From Acutalibacteraceae bacterium (GTDB lineage Bacteria > Bacillota > Clostridia > Oscillospirales > Acutalibacteraceae), in NCBI GenBank assembly GCA_045590395.1, contig JAZNQX010000063.1:5135-69134 (forward strand): a DNA stretch of 64,000 nucleotides. Reading direction: 5' to 3'. Positions 9,321 through 19,622 of the stretch are shown here, piece after piece (position 1 is the first letter of the stretch; each line of letters opens with the position of its first letter). Below the pieces are notes generated by a model. That model saw only the letters and a list, made by a program, of their open reading frames with translations. It had not been told where the DNA came from and searched no databases. Made by a program: the position numbers and the translations under genes.

Positions 9321-9420
9321 GAATTACTCGTTGATTTTATAGTAAAGATGTGATATAATAACAAAAAAGGGAAATATTATTCACAATTTTTATTTATTAT
9401 ATACAAAAAAGGAGACACTT

Positions 9421-10047
9421 ATGAGTAGCGACAACTTCATTATTACTATTGGCAGAGAGTTCGGTAGCGGTGGTCACGCTATAGCAAAAATGTTGGCAGA
9501 GGATTTAGGCGTAAAATTATACGACAAAGAGTTGCTTGACCTTGCCGCAAAAAACAGCGGACTAAGCGCCGATATACTAAAAGAATATGACGAAAAGCCT
9601 ACAAACAGTTTCCTTTATTCGCTGTCTTTAGGCTCTTACACCTACGACAGTATTTTAAGCGGTGTTCACAATTTGCCTCTTGTGGATAAGGTTTTTTCTG
9701 CTCAATCGAAGATAATAAGAGAAATTGCTGAAAAAGAGTCTTGTGTTATAGTAGGCCGTTGCGCTGACAGTATACTAAAGGGTAGTGAAAATTTACTGAC
9801 GGTATTTATTCACGCCGATATAGATTTCAGAGCCAAGCGCGTTATGGAATATGAAAATATATCCTATGAAAAAGCGGTTGATATGGTACGTAAGTCTGAT
9901 AAAAAACGAGCCAGCTATCATAATTATTTTGCTGATAACAAGTGGGGTGACGCCTCATCCTATGATTTGTGCATTAACAGTGAAATTGGCTTTGAAAATG
10001 TTGTTCACATAATAAAATACTGTGTTAAAGAGCATATCCACGGATAA
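9421..10047 (+). CDS. Cytidylate kinase-like family protein (P-loop)
   Basis: 208 aa. ITIGREFGSGGHAIAKMLAEDLGVKLYDKELL is typical of the cytidylate-kinase-like family. Confidence 0.8.
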   Translation: MSSDNFIITIGREFGSGGHAIAKMLAEDLGVKLYDKELLDLAAKNSGLSADILKEYDEKPTNSFLYSLSLGSYTYDSILSGVHNLPLVDKVFSAQSKIIREIAEKESCVIVGRCADSILKGSENLLTVFIHADIDFRAKRVMEYENISYEKAVDMVRKSDKKRASYHNYFADNKWGDASSYDLCINSEIGFENVVHIIKYCVKEHIHG

Positions 10048-10062
10048 CTCAAAATATAACAA

Positions 10063-10106
10063 AAACCTGCTTTTTCCATAATATATATGGAAGGGCAGGT
10101 TTTTTT
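10063..10106 (+). terminator. Intrinsic terminator
   Basis: Long hairpin CCTGCTTTTTCCATA...TATGGAAGGGCAGG followed by T7. Confidence 0.7.
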
Positions 10107-10781
10107 ATGCGAAAAAAGAGTAAATTTTTACGGCTTTTAATAATATTTATTTTAGTAATAGCGGTGTGTTTATCCGCATTTTTAGTAGTAGACCGCCGTA
10201 TGCGCAGAGTTATATGCGACTACAGCGCGTCGGTGGGGGAAACCGTTATGGTGCGCACCGTTGATGAAGTGATAAGCGAAATATTTTGTGAGGAGAACAT
10301 AGAATATTCGGATATTGTAACGGTCAGCAGGGACAGCGAGGGAAAGGTGACCTCTCTTGAGGTTTCTGCCACAAAGGTGAACTACATAAAATCTAAAATT
10401 TCGGTAAAGGTGGCAGAAAGCATAGCACTTAAAGAAAAATATGATTTAGAAATACCTGTGGGCACCATAATAGGTAATGAATACACAATAGGCAGAGGGC
10501 CCAGTATAAAATTCAAAATGCAGATAACCACCACGGTAATTGCAGATTTTGAAAGTAAATTCTACAGCGCTGGTATAAATCAGGTGCTTCATCAGATACA
10601 TATTAAAGTGAAGATGAACGGACACACAGTGGTGCCCTGGTACCGTTCAGCCTTTAATGCCGAAACCAGCGTTATTGCGGCGCAAACCGTAATAGTAGGA
10701 ATGACACCCGATGCCTACACAAATGTTATAGAGGCAGGAACCGATGCTACACAGGATATATTTGATTTTGGTACTCACTGA
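10107..10781 (+). CDS. yunB: Sporulation protein YunB
   Basis: 224 aa with an N-terminal TM and YunB-like sequence (SRDSEGKVTSLEV..., NQVLHQIHIKV). Confidence 0.8.
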   Translation: MRKKSKFLRLLIIFILVIAVCLSAFLVVDRRMRRVICDYSASVGETVMVRTVDEVISEIFCEENIEYSDIVTVSRDSEGKVTSLEVSATKVNYIKSKISVKVAESIALKEKYDLEIPVGTIIGNEYTIGRGPSIKFKMQITTTVIADFESKFYSAGINQVLHQIHIKVKMNGHTVVPWYRSAFNAETSVIAAQTVIVGMTPDAYTNVIEAGTDATQDIFDFGTH

Positions 10782-11230
10782 CTATTAAGTTTTGTATCTA
10801 AAATTTCTAAAATGTTGTTAGGTTTGGTTTTAAGTGAATCTACCTTGCTTAGCGGCACCCATTCAAAAACATCGTCACTGTTTTTAAGACTGCAAAAGGA
10901 GTCACACTTTAAAAGCTCTTTATCAAGAAGCGTTACTCTGTGGTAAAAGCATATTTCGTGACAGGGTGGATTTTTTGAGGAGAAATCTTCACTTACAAAT
11001 TCAAATTCGTCTATTAAGATAACGGCGCCTATTTCTTCTGAGAACTTTCTGATAATTGCCTCTTTTGAGGTTTCGCTGAAGGCAATATTTCCACCCGGTA
11101 AAGAGTAGGTGCCGTTTTTACTTCTTTTAAGAAGCAGACGGTTATTGCAAAAACAAAAGCCTGATGCCTTAAGGCTGAAAATATTGTCGTCAACCTTTAG
11201 TAATATTTCTTTTTCCATATTATCACACAA
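10775..11230 (-). CDS. NUDIX hydrolase
   Basis: Nudix box: GGNIAFSETSKEAIIRKFSEEIGAVI. Confidence 0.8.
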   Translation of the reverse strand: MCDNMEKEILLKVDDNIFSLKASGFCFCNNRLLLKRSKNGTYSLPGGNIAFSETSKEAIIRKFSEEIGAVILIDEFEFVSEDFSSKNPPCHEICFYHRVTLLDKELLKCDSFCSLKNSDDVFEWVPLSKVDSLKTKPNNILEILDTKLNSQ

Positions 11231-11657
11231 GTTTCACGGATAAAACGCCGTCAATTTTTTTAATACTGCTTAAAAGTTCGTCAATGGATATAGGGGTATT
11301 ATCGGTGTTGATTGTAAGCGATACCGCCGCAGTTTCATCAACAGGGTGGTTCTGGTTAATGGTCAGAATATTAACACCCTGTTGGTATAATTTTGCAGTA
11401 AGTGCAGAAAATACACCTGCACGGTCACAAAGAACGGCGCTGATACAGATATTATTGCTCTCATTCTGTCCACTGTATACAAACACCTGGTCCTTATATT
11501 TATAAAAGGCGCTTCGCGAAATTCCTGCTTTTGAAACTGCCGCGCTGACACTTGAACAAGTGCCGTTTTGCAACAGTTCTTTTGCAAAAATTACCTTTGA
11601 GAAAACCTCGGGAAGTGCCGAAGCCTTAACCACCAGCATATCATAATTTTTCAACAT
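11223..11657 (-). CDS. ACT-domain protein (UPF0735/PheB-like)
   Basis: I chose the start at MLKNYDML, which has the RBS GGTGGTGGA. The N-terminus is HTH-like and the C-terminus is an ACT domain. Confidence 0.7.
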   Translation of the reverse strand: MLKNYDMLVVKASALPEVFSKVIFAKELLQNGTCSSVSAAVSKAGISRSAFYKYKDQVFVYSGQNESNNICISAVLCDRAGVFSALTAKLYQQGVNILTINQNHPVDETAAVSLTINTDNTPISIDELLSSIKKIDGVLSVKLV

Positions 11658-12788
11658 GTGTCCACCACCCGTAAACATTTTTTTAATTATAATACATTTG
11701 CGCACAAAAATCAATACAGAAAAGGGATTGATAGTACGGATAACGATAAAAAGAAAAAATTTCTTATATATGTGGCGTTTGTAACGGTAATAGCGGCGCT
11801 AACCTATTTTGTTATCAAGTTTTGCCTTGCTTATCTTTTACCCTTTATAATCGGTACTGCTATCGCTTTTTTGGTGCAAAAGCCTGCGGCTACGTTGTCA
11901 GGCAAAATGAATATAAGGCAGGGAACAGCATCACTGTGTCTTGTTATCGGGGTGTATATACTTCTGCTTGTTGCGGTTTTTCTGATTATCAACAGAATTT
12001 ACGGCTTTGCTGTCAGCTTTACTCAAAAAGCCCCTGAACTGTTATCAAAGGTTACGCTTATCGTGACCAAAATTACAAGCAGTGTAGAAGGCTTTACAGG
12101 AAAAATGTCGGGCGGCTCGGGTGATTTTGTTTCAAAAACGCTTGGTGATATTCTGCAGAGCGCGGCGGTAAAGGTATCAGGGATTATTTCTTCCTTTTTA
12201 AGCGGCTTTGTAACCGCTCTTCCGGGAATGGTACTAAGCATATTTGCGGCGGTAATTACCGGCTGTTATATAGCCAAAGATATTGACGCTTTAAAGCAGA
12301 ACCTTTATTTTGCATTAAAGCCCGAATATATGAAAACACTTAAAAAAATATGGTGCATTACGGTTAATAATGTATTCGGTCTTTTTAAAGGCTATCTGCT
12401 TTTAACATTGATAACCTTCATTGAACTATCCGTAGGCTTTTTTATTCTCAGAGTAAACGGTGCTTTCCGCGCGGCTTTTCTTACTGCAGTTGTTGATTTA
12501 CTCCCCGTATTCGGTTGCGGAACAGTGCTGATACCGTGGGCAATTATATCAGCCTTTAAGGGAAGTACCTTACGAGCGGTGGGACTGGTGGTAATATATC
12601 TGATAATAACTGCGGTGCGCAATATTCTTGAACCTAAAATAATAGGAAAACAGGTGGGGCTTCATCCGCTTATTACCCTTATTTCAATGTTTTTAGGGCT
12701 TAAAATTTTCGGGCTTTCGGGGCTCGTCTTTTTGCCGCTGATAGTTACGGTAGCCTACAAAGTAACAGAACAAAAAACGGCAGCATAA
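11658..12788 (+). CDS. ytvI: Sporulation integral membrane protein YtvI (AI-2E transporter family); the true start is uncertain and probably lies downstream
   Basis: Multi-TM AI-2E family sequence (NILEPKIIGKQVGLHPL). The ORF-track start abuts the divergent gene's start and a TATAAT box at about 11688, so the N-terminus is unreliable. Confidence 0.7.
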   Translation: MSTTRKHFFNYNTFAHKNQYRKGIDSTDNDKKKKFLIYVAFVTVIAALTYFVIKFCLAYLLPFIIGTAIAFLVQKPAATLSGKMNIRQGTASLCLVIGVYILLLVAVFLIINRIYGFAVSFTQKAPELLSKVTLIVTKITSSVEGFTGKMSGGSGDFVSKTLGDILQSAAVKVSGIISSFLSGFVTALPGMVLSIFAAVITGCYIAKDIDALKQNLYFALKPEYMKTLKKIWCITVNNVFGLFKGYLLLTLITFIELSVGFFILRVNGAFRAAFLTAVVDLLPVFGCGTVLIPWAIISAFKGSTLRAVGLVVIYLIITAVRNILEPKIIGKQVGLHPLITLISMFLGLKIFGLSGLVFLPLIVTVAYKVTEQKTAA

Positions 12789-12848
12789 TATATAGTGTAT
12801 TGCGGCAAATATATAAGCAATACAAGCATTGCAGGGCGGTTTTTTAAA

Positions 12849-13061
12849 ATGAATGAATATATTATAGCGACCGGAACAGTAACAAGCGCTATAAAAGGCA
12901 GAGATATTCTTAAAAAGAAGGGCTTTTATGCCGAAATAGAGCGTCTTGGCGTTTCGGACAGAAAGTACGGCTGCGGTTACGCAATTAAGACACGCGGAAA
13001 TATAACACAAATAGAAGAGCTTTTAAGACAGGCAAATGTAAAAATAATTAAAGTTTTATAA
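12849..13061 (+). CDS. DUF3343-like small protein (putative S/Se carrier-like)
   Basis: The start is at MNEYII. It is a small protein immediately upstream of a class V aminotransferase, a recurrent pairing. Confidence 0.55.
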   Translation: MNEYIIATGTVTSAIKGRDILKKKGFYAEIERLGVSDRKYGCGYAIKTRGNITQIEELLRQANVKIIKVL

Positions 13062-13110
13062 AATATGAGCACAGGTATATGCCTGTGCTTTTTTGAAAGA
13101 AGGTGAAAAA

Positions 13111-14241
13111 ATGATTTACCTTGACAATGCGGCGACATCTTCACCAAAGCCTGAATGTGTTGTAAAGACGGTTGAAAAGGCCTTAAGACAGCAAAGCGCA
13201 AACCCCGGCAGAAGCGGACACACATTGTCGGTTAAAAATGCCGAAATGGTATATAGAGTAAGGGAAAAGGTTGCTGATTTTTTCGGTTGCTCTCACCCTG
13301 AAAATGTTGTTTTTCTTTCAAATTGCACGCAGGCTATAAACTGCGTTTTAAAGGGTGTTTTAGAGAGCGGCGACCATTTTATAATTTCAAATCTTGAACA
13401 CAATGCAGTGACACGACCAGCCTTTAAAATAGCAAAAAATAATATAAAATTCAGCGTTTTTGATGCCTTTGCCGATGATATAGAGGCGGAAATCGAGCGC
13501 TATATTACCCCTAAAACCAAAATGATATTCTGTACCCACGCATCAAATGTATGCGGTAAGGTTTTGCCAATCGATAAAATAGGTAAATTTTGCAAAAACA
13601 GGGGACTCCTTTTTGGAGTAGACGCGGCACAAAGCGCAGGTATTTTGCCTATAAATATGGAAAAAACAGGCATCAATTTTCTGTGTATAGCCTCTCATAA
13701 AGGGCTTTTTGCGCCTATGGGAACAGGCATATTAATTGCAAATTCCAAAATTAACAGCACTGTTATTGAAGGCGGTACAGGCGTTAATTCCATGAGCCTT
13801 GAGCAAGGAGAGGATATGCCCGAAATGCTGGAGAGCGGTACCGTGAATTTACCCGGAATTATGGGGATATCTGCAGGAATAGACTTTATAAAAAAGCAGG
13901 GGATAAATAGGCTTTACGAGCACGAAATGAGCCTTTGCAAAATGATATATGAGAGGCTAAAAGATAACAGAAAAATAAAAATTTACTGGTATGATAATGA
14001 GCCTTGTGCACCTGTTCTGTCCCTGACTATAGAGGGGTTAGACAGCAACGAGGTGGCGGCAAAGCTCAGCAACAGAAAAATTGCGGTAAGGGCAGGGTAT
14101 CACTGTTCGCCGTTTGCGCATAAAACTCTGGGAACCGAAAACTCAGGCACGGTGCGAATTTCACCGGGAATTACTGCTGACAAAAAGCAGATAGACTATC
14201 TTTGCAAAATATTAACGGCTATTGCTGAAAAATATATATAA
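13111..14241 (+). CDS. Aminotransferase class V / cysteine desulfurase family protein
   Basis: IYLDNAATS, a PLP lysine context (ASHKGL) and an RBS AAGGTG before the ATG at 13111. Confidence 0.85.
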   Translation: MIYLDNAATSSPKPECVVKTVEKALRQQSANPGRSGHTLSVKNAEMVYRVREKVADFFGCSHPENVVFLSNCTQAINCVLKGVLESGDHFIISNLEHNAVTRPAFKIAKNNIKFSVFDAFADDIEAEIERYITPKTKMIFCTHASNVCGKVLPIDKIGKFCKNRGLLFGVDAAQSAGILPINMEKTGINFLCIASHKGLFAPMGTGILIANSKINSTVIEGGTGVNSMSLEQGEDMPEMLESGTVNLPGIMGISAGIDFIKKQGINRLYEHEMSLCKMIYERLKDNRKIKIYWYDNEPCAPVLSLTIEGLDSNEVAAKLSNRKIAVRAGYHCSPFAHKTLGTENSGTVRISPGITADKKQIDYLCKILTAIAEKYI

Positions 14242-14335
14242 AATATATAAAAATATTCAAAAAAGTTATTGATTCAGTAGTCTTGTTATGTTAAAATAAT
14301 ATTGAATGAAGACAAACTGATAAAGGAATGATGAT

Positions 14336-15256
14336 GTGAGCAATTTCTTAAATGCGATTTATACGCTGTGGAACCAGATAATATATGCTGTCGCCAGTAT
14401 TTCTCTGTTTGATATTATCGATATTCTTATAATTGCTTTTATCATTGCCAAAGCAATTCAGTTTTTAATAGATAGCCGCGGCGGACAGCTTGTTAAGGGC
14501 CTTTTTATACTCTTTGTTGCCTATGTGTTTTCAATATGGTTTGACCTTGTGTCTGTAAACTGGTTGCTAACCCGTGTGGTAGACTGGGGTATTATAGCCT
14601 TGGCTATCATTTTCCAGCCTGAGCTCAGACGCGCTCTTGAGCGTATAGGCCGCAGTCAGTTTGGTAAATTCGCACACGCGAATCAAAACGACGACGAATA
14701 TATTAAAAATTCTATAGACAGCATTTGCCTTGCCGTTCAGAATATGCGGGACCAGAAAATCGGCGCACTTATTGTGTTTGAACGTATAACCTCTCTGGGC
14801 GATATAATCAATACAGGAACAACTGTTAATTCCGATGCTTCTTCGCAGATGGTTGGCAGTATTTTCTATCCGAAATCACCTTTGCACGATGGCGCACTTA
14901 TAGTTCGTGACGGCAGACTGGTTGCTGCAGGCTGTATATTGCCCCTTACAAGTAATCAGGGCTTTAGTTCAAGTCTGGGTACACGCCACCGCGCCGCAAT
15001 AGGTGTCAGTGAGGTGTCTGATGCTGTTGTAATAGTTGTTTCAGAGGAAACGGGTAAAATCTCCCTTGTTCAAAACGGCACTATTGAAAGAGGTTACGAC
15101 CAGATAAGACTGAGAGAAGAGTTATATGCTCTTATGTTAAATTCCGATGAAGAAAGCAACGACGGTATTGTTGATAAAATAAAAAATGTTATCAACCGGA
15201 TTAAGCCTATAAAGAAAAAGGAAAAAGGAGAAGCTAGTGATGAAGAAAATAAATAA
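14336..15256 (+). CDS. cdaA: Diadenylate cyclase CdaA
   Basis: Three N-terminal TMs plus a DAC domain (DGALIV, TRHRAAIG). GTG start. Confidence 0.9.
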   Translation: MSNFLNAIYTLWNQIIYAVASISLFDIIDILIIAFIIAKAIQFLIDSRGGQLVKGLFILFVAYVFSIWFDLVSVNWLLTRVVDWGIIALAIIFQPELRRALERIGRSQFGKFAHANQNDDEYIKNSIDSICLAVQNMRDQKIGALIVFERITSLGDIINTGTTVNSDASSQMVGSIFYPKSPLHDGALIVRDGRLVAAGCILPLTSNQGFSSSLGTRHRAAIGVSEVSDAVVIVVSEETGKISLVQNGTIERGYDQIRLREELYALMLNSDEESNDGIVDKIKNVINRIKPIKKKEKGEASDEENK

Positions 15257-16232
15257 ATTTTCACTGCGCGTTCTTTTTTCAAACAAGCGCTTTACTGCTG
15301 TTTTTTCGGTTGTAGTTGCTTTTATATTCTGGCTGGTAATTACCGTTAATCAAACCGAAACAAGAACCACTACCTTTGCGAATATAGCCATAAATATCGG
15401 AATTGAAGACAGCTTTGCAGGTCAGCAGGGGCTTGAAGTTGTGAACGACGATTATATTAAAACGGCAAATGTTACGGTTGATGGTCCAAATTATATTGTC
15501 AGTGGACTTAAAACAAGTGATATTCTCGTAAATGCCGATTTAAGTCAGGTTACAAAGCCGGGTGATTATGATATACAGCTTGTTGCAAAATCAGCAAGCG
15601 GTGCAAGGGGCTTTACCTTTGTTGAAGTAAGTCCCAAGTCGGTAAAGCTTACCTTTGACTATGTAGATACTAAGGATTTTGACGTTGTGGCTAAGGCTGA
15701 CGGTATTACCGCCGCTGAAGGTCTTATTAAAGATACACCAATGCTTAACTATATGGGTGACAGCAAGAAAATTACCCTTAAAGGTCCCAGAAGCAATATG
15801 AGTAATGTGGACAGAGTTGAGGTTATAGTAAAGGCTGAAGAAAAGATAAACTCAAGCCAGACCTATGATGCAGATTTGGTTATCTACGATAAATCGGGTA
15901 ATATTCTTGAAAATGGTCTTTTTGAGTTTCCTGTAGATGAGCTTAAAGTGACGGTTCCCATTTATAAAGAGAAAACCGTTTCGGTGGTGCCTGTGTTTAC
16001 AGGCGAACCCTATTCGGGCGCAGGTGTTGCAAGGGTAGAACGGCTTTCTGTAACAAAAATTAAGGTTCAGGGTGCTCCCGAGGTTATAGATGCTCTTGAA
16101 TTTGTGGAGCTGTCAGCTATTGATTATACTACCGTTTCTTCCGGTAAGGTTTATGAGGTAACCCTCAACCTGCCGGGTGGTGTAAAGGCTGTTAATGCGG
16201 TAGATAAGGTTAAGGTTACCATAAAGAAGTGA
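15237..16232 (+). CDS. cdaR: CdaA regulator CdaR (YbbR-domain protein)
   Basis: Overlaps the cdaA end. N-terminal TM followed by repeated YbbR-like beta domains. Confidence 0.8.
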   Translation: MMKKINKFSLRVLFSNKRFTAVFSVVVAFIFWLVITVNQTETRTTTFANIAINIGIEDSFAGQQGLEVVNDDYIKTANVTVDGPNYIVSGLKTSDILVNADLSQVTKPGDYDIQLVAKSASGARGFTFVEVSPKSVKLTFDYVDTKDFDVVAKADGITAAEGLIKDTPMLNYMGDSKKITLKGPRSNMSNVDRVEVIVKAEEKINSSQTYDADLVIYDKSGNILENGLFEFPVDELKVTVPIYKEKTVSVVPVFTGEPYSGAGVARVERLSVTKIKVQGAPEVIDALEFVELSAIDYTTVSSGKVYEVTLNLPGGVKAVNAVDKVKVTIKK

Positions 16233-16300
16233 TTTAAAAGGGCGTGGATATTCCATAGCCCTTTTGTCATTTTTACCCATACTGCATATATTGTAACGAG

Positions 16301-16642
16301 GTGGTAAAAATGGTAGAAATTATTGTTATGATGATTTTTCTTTTCTTCGCGGTGGTGGGCTCAAGCTGTATTACATATCGGTTATGGATGTTTCTCATAA
16401 AGCCTAAAAAGAAAAATAAAGATCTTATAATTGTAAAGCTTGAAAAGGGCTGTGAGAAGGACCAGTTTATGTACTATTTTGAAAAATACCGTTGGAACGG
16501 TGATGATTATGTGCAGACGCTGGTTATGGTATATGACGAAACGGCAGAAAATCTGTGCAACTCATTTTGTAAGGCGCATAAAAATATAATCTGCTGTAAA
16601 AATGACGAATTGCCGTTTGTTATAAACAAGGTACTGGGGTGA
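16301..16642 (+). CDS. Hypothetical small membrane-anchored Cys-rich protein
   Basis: 113-aa ORF with one N-terminal TM. I recognise no family. Confidence 0.4.
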   Translation: MVKMVEIIVMMIFLFFAVVGSSCITYRLWMFLIKPKKKNKDLIIVKLEKGCEKDQFMYYFEKYRWNGDDYVQTLVMVYDETAENLCNSFCKAHKNIICCKNDELPFVINKVLG

Positions 16643-16646
16643 TGGT

Positions 16647-18863
16647 GTGTCGGATGTTCAAAACAACGAAGTTATAAAGGGCACGGTTAAAAGAATTACA
16701 TATACCAATGCGCAAAACGGCTACACTGTTGCAAGTGTGCTTTGCGATACAGAGGAAATAACGGTTGTAGGCACTATGCCTTTTATTCGAAGCGGCGACG
16801 ATATTGAGGCTGTAGGAAACTTTATTGTTCATTCGGTGTACGGACCGCAGTTCAAGGCTGTTTCGGTGCAGAAAAGTATGCCCACAAACACGGCGGCATT
16901 ACTCAGATATCTGTCAGCAGGTAATATAAAGGGTATAGGCCCCTCTACAGCCAGAAAAATTGTGGAAACCTTTGGGAACGACACTATGATGATTCTGGAA
17001 TCCGCCCCCGAAGAGTTAACGAGAATAAAAGGTATTTCTCTTTCAAAAGCCAAGACTATAGGTGAAGAATATACAAAGCTTTTTGGAATAAGAGATTTAA
17101 TGCTGCTTCTCTCAAAATTTAAAATATCGGGAGAAGACGCCATAAAGATTTACTCGGTTCTTGGAACCTCGGCAATATCTAAAATTGAAAATAACCCATA
17201 TTTACTGTGTGGCGAAAAAATAGATTTACCCTTTGAAAAGGCAGAGGATATAGCAGGGTATTTTAAAATTCCCGCAAATGATAAGTTAAGGCTTGGCGCA
17301 GGTATTGAGTATGTGCTGAGGAAAAATACATATAATGGTCATACCTGTCTGCCGCGGGGTAAGCTTTGCTCGGTGGCTTCTCAGCTTCTTGATACACCTC
17401 ATGACATTATAGATGACGCGCTGGATATGCTGCTTGAGTCTTTAAGGGTACGAAGCGCACATATCGGGGACACCGATTATATTGCTCTGCCCGAATATTA
17501 TTGCGCTGAGGAATATATTGCCGCCCGTCTTTCTGTTATGAACAGGGAAAAGAGAGCCTGCTTTGTAGATAATAAGGAAATAGCTCTTATTGAACAGCAA
17601 ATGGGAATTACCCTTGACGAAAAACAGCGCTTTGCGGTTTTAAAGGCCTTTGAAAACGGTTTACTAATCCTTACAGGTGGCCCAGGCACAGGCAAAACCA
17701 CAACCCTTAAGGCTATGATAGAAATGTTTAAGTATAGGGATATGAAAATAGAACTTGCCGCACCTACGGGCCGTGCTGCCAAGCGTATGAGTGAACTGAC
17801 GGGGTATGAAGCAAAAACCGTTCACCGTCTTTTAGAGGTTGACTGGAGTGATAATGAAGAGCAGGTATTTTGCAGAAACCAGAATAACCCGCTGGACTGC
17901 GATGTAATTATAGTGGACGAGGTGTCTATGATAGATTCCCGTCTGTTTGAAAGTTTACTTAGAGCCTTAAGACTTTCCTGCAGAATAATACTTGTGGGCG
18001 ATTCTGACCAGCTTCCCAGCGTTTCGGCAGGAAATGTGCTCAGCGACCTGATAACAAGCGACGCCTTTACGGTAGTAAAGCTTGATAAAATTTTCCGTCA
18101 GGCAAGAAGTAGTGCTATTATAAGAAATGCCCATAAAATAGTTGAGGGACTTAAGGCTGACCTTACTATTAGAGATTCCGACTTTTTCTTTCTGCAAAAA
18201 AATACCACAGAATCTTGTCTTGAAACGGTTGTTTCTCTTTGCAGTGAAAGACTGCCGTCGGCTTACGGTCTTGACTCTGTAAAGGATATTCAGGTGCTTT
18301 GCCCCTCAAGAAAAATGCCTCTTGGTACCTTAAATCTTAACAATCTGCTTCAAAGCTGTCTTAATCCTAAAAAGAAAAAAGAGCCTGAAATATTTTTTAA
18401 GGGCTTTTATATGCGCGCAGGCGATAAGGTTATGCAGATAAAAAATAATTACGAGCTTGAATGGATAAAGGATGATGGCGAAGAGGGAAGCGGCGTATTT
18501 AATGGTGATGTGGGTTATATTTTAAAGGTTAATTTAAGAGAAGGCACCCTTTCGGTTAAATACGACGACAAAACTGTTGTGTACGCTACAGAACAGCTTG
18601 AACAGCTTGAACTTGCCTATGCCGTTACGGTACATAAAAGTCAGGGCAGTGAGTTTGACTGTGTTGTTCTTCCGCTTTTTGATGTACCAAATCAGCTTAA
18701 ATACCGTAATCTGCTTTACACCGCCGTTACCAGAGCAAAAAAACTTCTTGTAATTGTGGGTAAGGACAGCGTGTTTTTTGAAATGGCGGCAAATGACAGA
18801 AAAATGCTGAGATATACTCTGCTTCGTGATTTTATTGAGGATATATATGATAACGATCATTAA
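16647..18863 (+). CDS. recD2: RecD2-type SF1B ATP-dependent DNA helicase
   Basis: 738 aa: Walker A GGPGTGKTT, DEVSM, helicase motifs and an N-terminal HhH region. Confidence 0.9.
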   Translation: MSDVQNNEVIKGTVKRITYTNAQNGYTVASVLCDTEEITVVGTMPFIRSGDDIEAVGNFIVHSVYGPQFKAVSVQKSMPTNTAALLRYLSAGNIKGIGPSTARKIVETFGNDTMMILESAPEELTRIKGISLSKAKTIGEEYTKLFGIRDLMLLLSKFKISGEDAIKIYSVLGTSAISKIENNPYLLCGEKIDLPFEKAEDIAGYFKIPANDKLRLGAGIEYVLRKNTYNGHTCLPRGKLCSVASQLLDTPHDIIDDALDMLLESLRVRSAHIGDTDYIALPEYYCAEEYIAARLSVMNREKRACFVDNKEIALIEQQMGITLDEKQRFAVLKAFENGLLILTGGPGTGKTTTLKAMIEMFKYRDMKIELAAPTGRAAKRMSELTGYEAKTVHRLLEVDWSDNEEQVFCRNQNNPLDCDVIIVDEVSMIDSRLFESLLRALRLSCRIILVGDSDQLPSVSAGNVLSDLITSDAFTVVKLDKIFRQARSSAIIRNAHKIVEGLKADLTIRDSDFFFLQKNTTESCLETVVSLCSERLPSAYGLDSVKDIQVLCPSRKMPLGTLNLNNLLQSCLNPKKKKEPEIFFKGFYMRAGDKVMQIKNNYELEWIKDDGEEGSGVFNGDVGYILKVNLREGTLSVKYDDKTVVYATEQLEQLELAYAVTVHKSQGSEFDCVVLPLFDVPNQLKYRNLLYTAVTRAKKLLVIVGKDSVFFEMAANDRKMLRYTLLRDFIEDIYDNDH

Positions 18864-19554
18864 AAAGATATACTTATCCTTGCTTGATTTTTTCTTTCCG
18901 TCACACTGTATGTCCTGCGGCAGAGCCGTTGAGGGCGGCAAAAAGGTATGTAATGAATGCGAAAAGGATATTGAGAAAATTGAAGTTCGTATTTGTAAGA
19001 AGTGCGGTATGCCTGAAAAAAGGTGTGACTGCAACAGGTATGTATATCATTTTGCAGGAGTATGCGCACCCTTCTTTAATGAGGGAATTGCCAGAAAGGG
19101 ACTGTATAAAATTAAGTTTTCAGGAATAAAACAGCTTGTTCCTTATTATGCTGAAGCTATGATAGAAAGCCTTTATAAAAATTTCGGTGACACTAAGTTT
19201 GATGCAGTTGTGTTTGTGCCTACAAATTTTATAAAGGGTGCAAGGCGCGGTTATAATCAGGCAGAGTGGTTGGCAGAATATATATCGTCCCGTCTTGGAA
19301 TTCCGCTTTTTGATAAGACACTTAAAAGACGAGTTTTCAGTAAAACACAGCATAAAAGCAAAAGCGTGGCAAGGCGTTTTATAAATGCCTATAAAAACTA
19401 TGAGAAGAATAAGCTCTTAAACGGCGGGACCTATCTGCTTATTGATGATATTAAAACAACCGGAGCATCTCTTGACGCCTGTTCAAGACAACTGCTTTAT
19501 GCAGGTGCAGACGAAGTTTTTTGCCTTACGGCGCTAATCGGTAACAACAGATAA
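18847..19554 (+). CDS. comFC: ComF family protein (ComFC, phosphoribosyltransferase fold with an N-terminal Zn finger)
   Basis: CxxC...CxxC pairs and the PRTase motif LLIDDIKTTGASL. The start overlaps the recD2 end. Confidence 0.85.
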   Translation: MITIIKKIYLSLLDFFFPSHCMSCGRAVEGGKKVCNECEKDIEKIEVRICKKCGMPEKRCDCNRYVYHFAGVCAPFFNEGIARKGLYKIKFSGIKQLVPYYAEAMIESLYKNFGDTKFDAVVFVPTNFIKGARRGYNQAEWLAEYISSRLGIPLFDKTLKRRVFSKTQHKSKSVARRFINAYKNYEKNKLLNGGTYLLIDDIKTTGASLDACSRQLLYAGADEVFCLTALIGNNR

Positions 19555-19622
19555 TAAAATATAGTTGAAAAACTTTGTGTTTTTTTGTATAATAACATTC
19601 AGAATTTATCGGAGGTGAAAGG

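Noticed and set aside
8669-9353. ORF-track ORFs 8669-8875(-), 9032-9271(+) and 9093-9353(+)
   Set aside because: They overlap the tRNA-Leu gene, its partial copies and the terminator hairpins. They have no RBS, and their composition is dictated by the RNA elements.
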